Shown here in pieces: positions 60,149-64,000 of a stretch of DNA of 64,000 nucleotides. The notes below the pieces were generated by a model, which worked only from the letters and a program-made list of their open reading frames with translations, made no database searches and was not told the DNA's origin. The translations under genes were made by a program, and so were the position numbers. Position 1 is the first letter of the stretch. Each line of letters opens with the position of its first letter. The stretch is from a virus. The stretch lies in the IMG/VR virus record IMGVR_UViG_3300045199_000074. The stretch is one strand, 5' to 3'.

Positions 60149-60325
60149 TTAATCCAGATCAAAATCGACATCATCGGATTCACCGATTAGCAATCTCTTT
60201 CCAATGTCTTCTAATGCAAGTTTTTTAAGTTCTTGCATTTTATTCCATGCTTCCTGGAGAACTTTTTCATAAGTTTCTCCTTCTAGCATTAAATCGATAA
60301 GCCTGTTTACCATCGACTTTTCCAT
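60149..60325 (-). CDS. Putative 58-aa helical acidic protein inside the tRNA cluster
   Basis: MEKSMVNRLIDLMLEGETYEKVLQEAWNKMQELKKLALEDIGKRLLIGESDDVDFDLD fills the Trp-Thr spacer. Confidence 0.55.
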   Translation of the reverse strand: MEKSMVNRLIDLMLEGETYEKVLQEAWNKMQELKKLALEDIGKRLLIGESDDVDFDLD

Positions 60326-60330
60326 TTATT

Positions 60331-60406
60331 TGGCAAGGGCAACAGGATTCGAACCCGCGACCTACGGTTTTGGAGACCGTCGCTCTACCAACTGAGCTAT
60401 ACCCCT
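60331..60406 (-). tRNA. tRNA-Trp(CCA)
   Basis: ACGGT-CTCCAAA-ACCGT; G73; encoded CCA. Confidence 0.93.
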
Positions 60407-60421
60407 ATATAATTTTAGACA

Positions 60422-60635
60422 AAATAAAAGCCCCGAACTTATATTCGAGGCTTCATCGGATGCGGCACTGTACTCATCGAGTCAACAGATGTTTCCGCCT
60501 CCAGGGAAGCCCCTGTAGGTTCTCCAACATGTCCATGTTGTTCTCGTGTTGCGCATCTTTCAGTCTTTCTTTTTGGATAAGGACCCATGTCCATCTCGTT
60601 ACATCCTTTATGAATTGTTGGCTGCAAATTGTCAA
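60422..60635 (-). promoter_or_regulatory. Promoter plus structured leader/ncRNA ending in a terminator just before tRNA cluster 3
   Basis: TTGACA at 60635-60630; terminator AAGCCTCGAA/TTCGGGGCTT plus T-run at 60453-60422. Confidence 0.5.
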
Positions 60636-60710
60636 ATAGTTTTTTACTATTTTTTAAAATAAATGAGTTCGTTTATTTATCGCTATTATGTTGACGTTGC
60701 GTATAAATAA

Positions 60711-63221
<2,511 letters not shown>

Positions 63222-63240
63222 TCCTAACAAGAATTAATCG

Positions 63241-63275
63241 CAATGGCCTCATAACGTGATGTGAGGCCATTTTCT
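63241..63275 (+). terminator. Intrinsic terminator after gyrB
   Basis: AATGGCCTCA...TGAGGCCATT followed by T-rich sequence. Confidence 0.65.
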
Positions 63276-63356
63276 TCTGAGCGGAATGTGATTTAGTCAC
63301 TTTCCGGATTTTAAATACCTTATTCAATCCAATATGCAATTAATAAAGGTGAATTC

Positions 63357-63695
63357 ATGTCTGATGTCGTTGTTCATAACGTTGAAAACGAAAATGTTGC
63401 TGCCCTTTCAATTAACGAGGAAAACGAAAAAACAGAAATCGAAGTTAGATTTGAGGTTGGTGGTAAGATTATTGATTTATCACAGGTGAATCGAGTTGCC
63501 CGTCGCCTTCTTGAAGGGCAGGCAAAAAAATATCAGACAAAATATGCCAATCTTGTTGGGCCTAATAACGTGCGACCAGCTATCATAATTAGATCACCAC
63601 GGCTGCTGGATAAAAAAGTTGAAATTGTTCTCGAATATCCTGACGATATGAAGGATTTGGTTAAAGGGCATTCCAAAGCAACCCGTATATCATGA
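63357..63695 (+). CDS. Hypothetical protein
   Basis: AAGGTG RBS; 112 aa. Confidence 0.7.
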   Translation: MSDVVVHNVENENVAALSINEENEKTEIEVRFEVGGKIIDLSQVNRVARRLLEGQAKKYQTKYANLVGPNNVRPAIIIRSPRLLDKKVEIVLEYPDDMKDLVKGHSKATRIS

Positions 63696-63837
63696 CGCGA
63701 TAAAAATCTGTTTATTATGAATGGCGAAGGTTTTATTAAATTAAATAATCGCTGTTTATTCTATTCAACAATGTTGACACGCTTAGATGGTGTAAATACA
63801 ATTTATATAGAATTTTGCCACCTTTATGGGGATTTTA

Positions 63838-64000
63838 ATGGCTCTTGAAAAAATAATCCGCGATCACAATAAGCAGATAAATCTGAAAGAAGATTTTTAC
63901 GGCTCAATCGTTTGCAAAAAACTTTTGGTTCCTGTTGGTGTCAAATGTTATGGTCATGTAATTGCTGAAGAAATTTACATTAAAGGACAGTTTGATGGCC
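63838..64000 (+). CDS. Bactofilin-like (polymer-forming cytoskeletal) protein, truncated by the window end
   Basis: FYGSIVCKKLLVPVGVKCYGHVIAEEIYIKGQFDG fits the bactofilin beta-helix pattern. Confidence 0.5.
   Translation, partial: MALEKIIRDHNKQINLKEDFYGSIVCKKLLVPVGVKCYGHVIAEEIYIKGQFDG

Noticed and set aside
60370-60639. 89-aa plus-strand ORF
   Set aside because: Antisense to tRNA-Trp and the structured leader; no RBS or protein-like features

Overview
This 64-kb window looks like part of a large, AT-richer-than-host, conjugative extrachromosomal element (megaplasmid-like) from an alphaproteobacterial, probably Rhizobiales, host. RecA, GyrB, NrdHIEF, PBP1A and an IalB-like protein look alphaproteobacterial. 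DotA/TraY and an IcmV/TraX-like gene indicate a type IVB (Dot/Icm, IncI-like) transfer system, and no phage structural genes are seen. The cargo resembles that of a jumbo phage. It includes 11 canonical tRNA genes in three clusters plus one non-canonical tRNA-like RNA, a broad RNA-end repair kit (CCA-adding enzyme, kinase-phosphatase-ligase, Thg1-like polymerase, RtcB), dNTP supply genes (thyA, folA, dut, nrdHIEF with tandem NrdR boxes), DNA repair and recombination genes (recA, recD2, UvrD-like, mutL, rnhA, gyrB), envelope and chaperone genes and a sigma factor. Five observations stand out. (1) A circularly permuted Rad50/SbcC sits in a three-gene operon with Mre11/SbcD. (2) About 14 unrelated proteins, including two RNA-repair enzymes, share a Dot/Icm-effector-like C-terminal tail, suggesting a protein cargo delivered during conjugation. 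(3) Short-ORF/terminator leaders precede the tRNA clusters and contain codons read by the downstream tRNAs. (4) A CCA-ended tRNA-like RNA has a 5-nt anticodon loop and a 6-bp D stem. (5) Several structured candidate ncRNAs have their own promoters. All assignments are by motif reading only; no database searches or folding programs were run.
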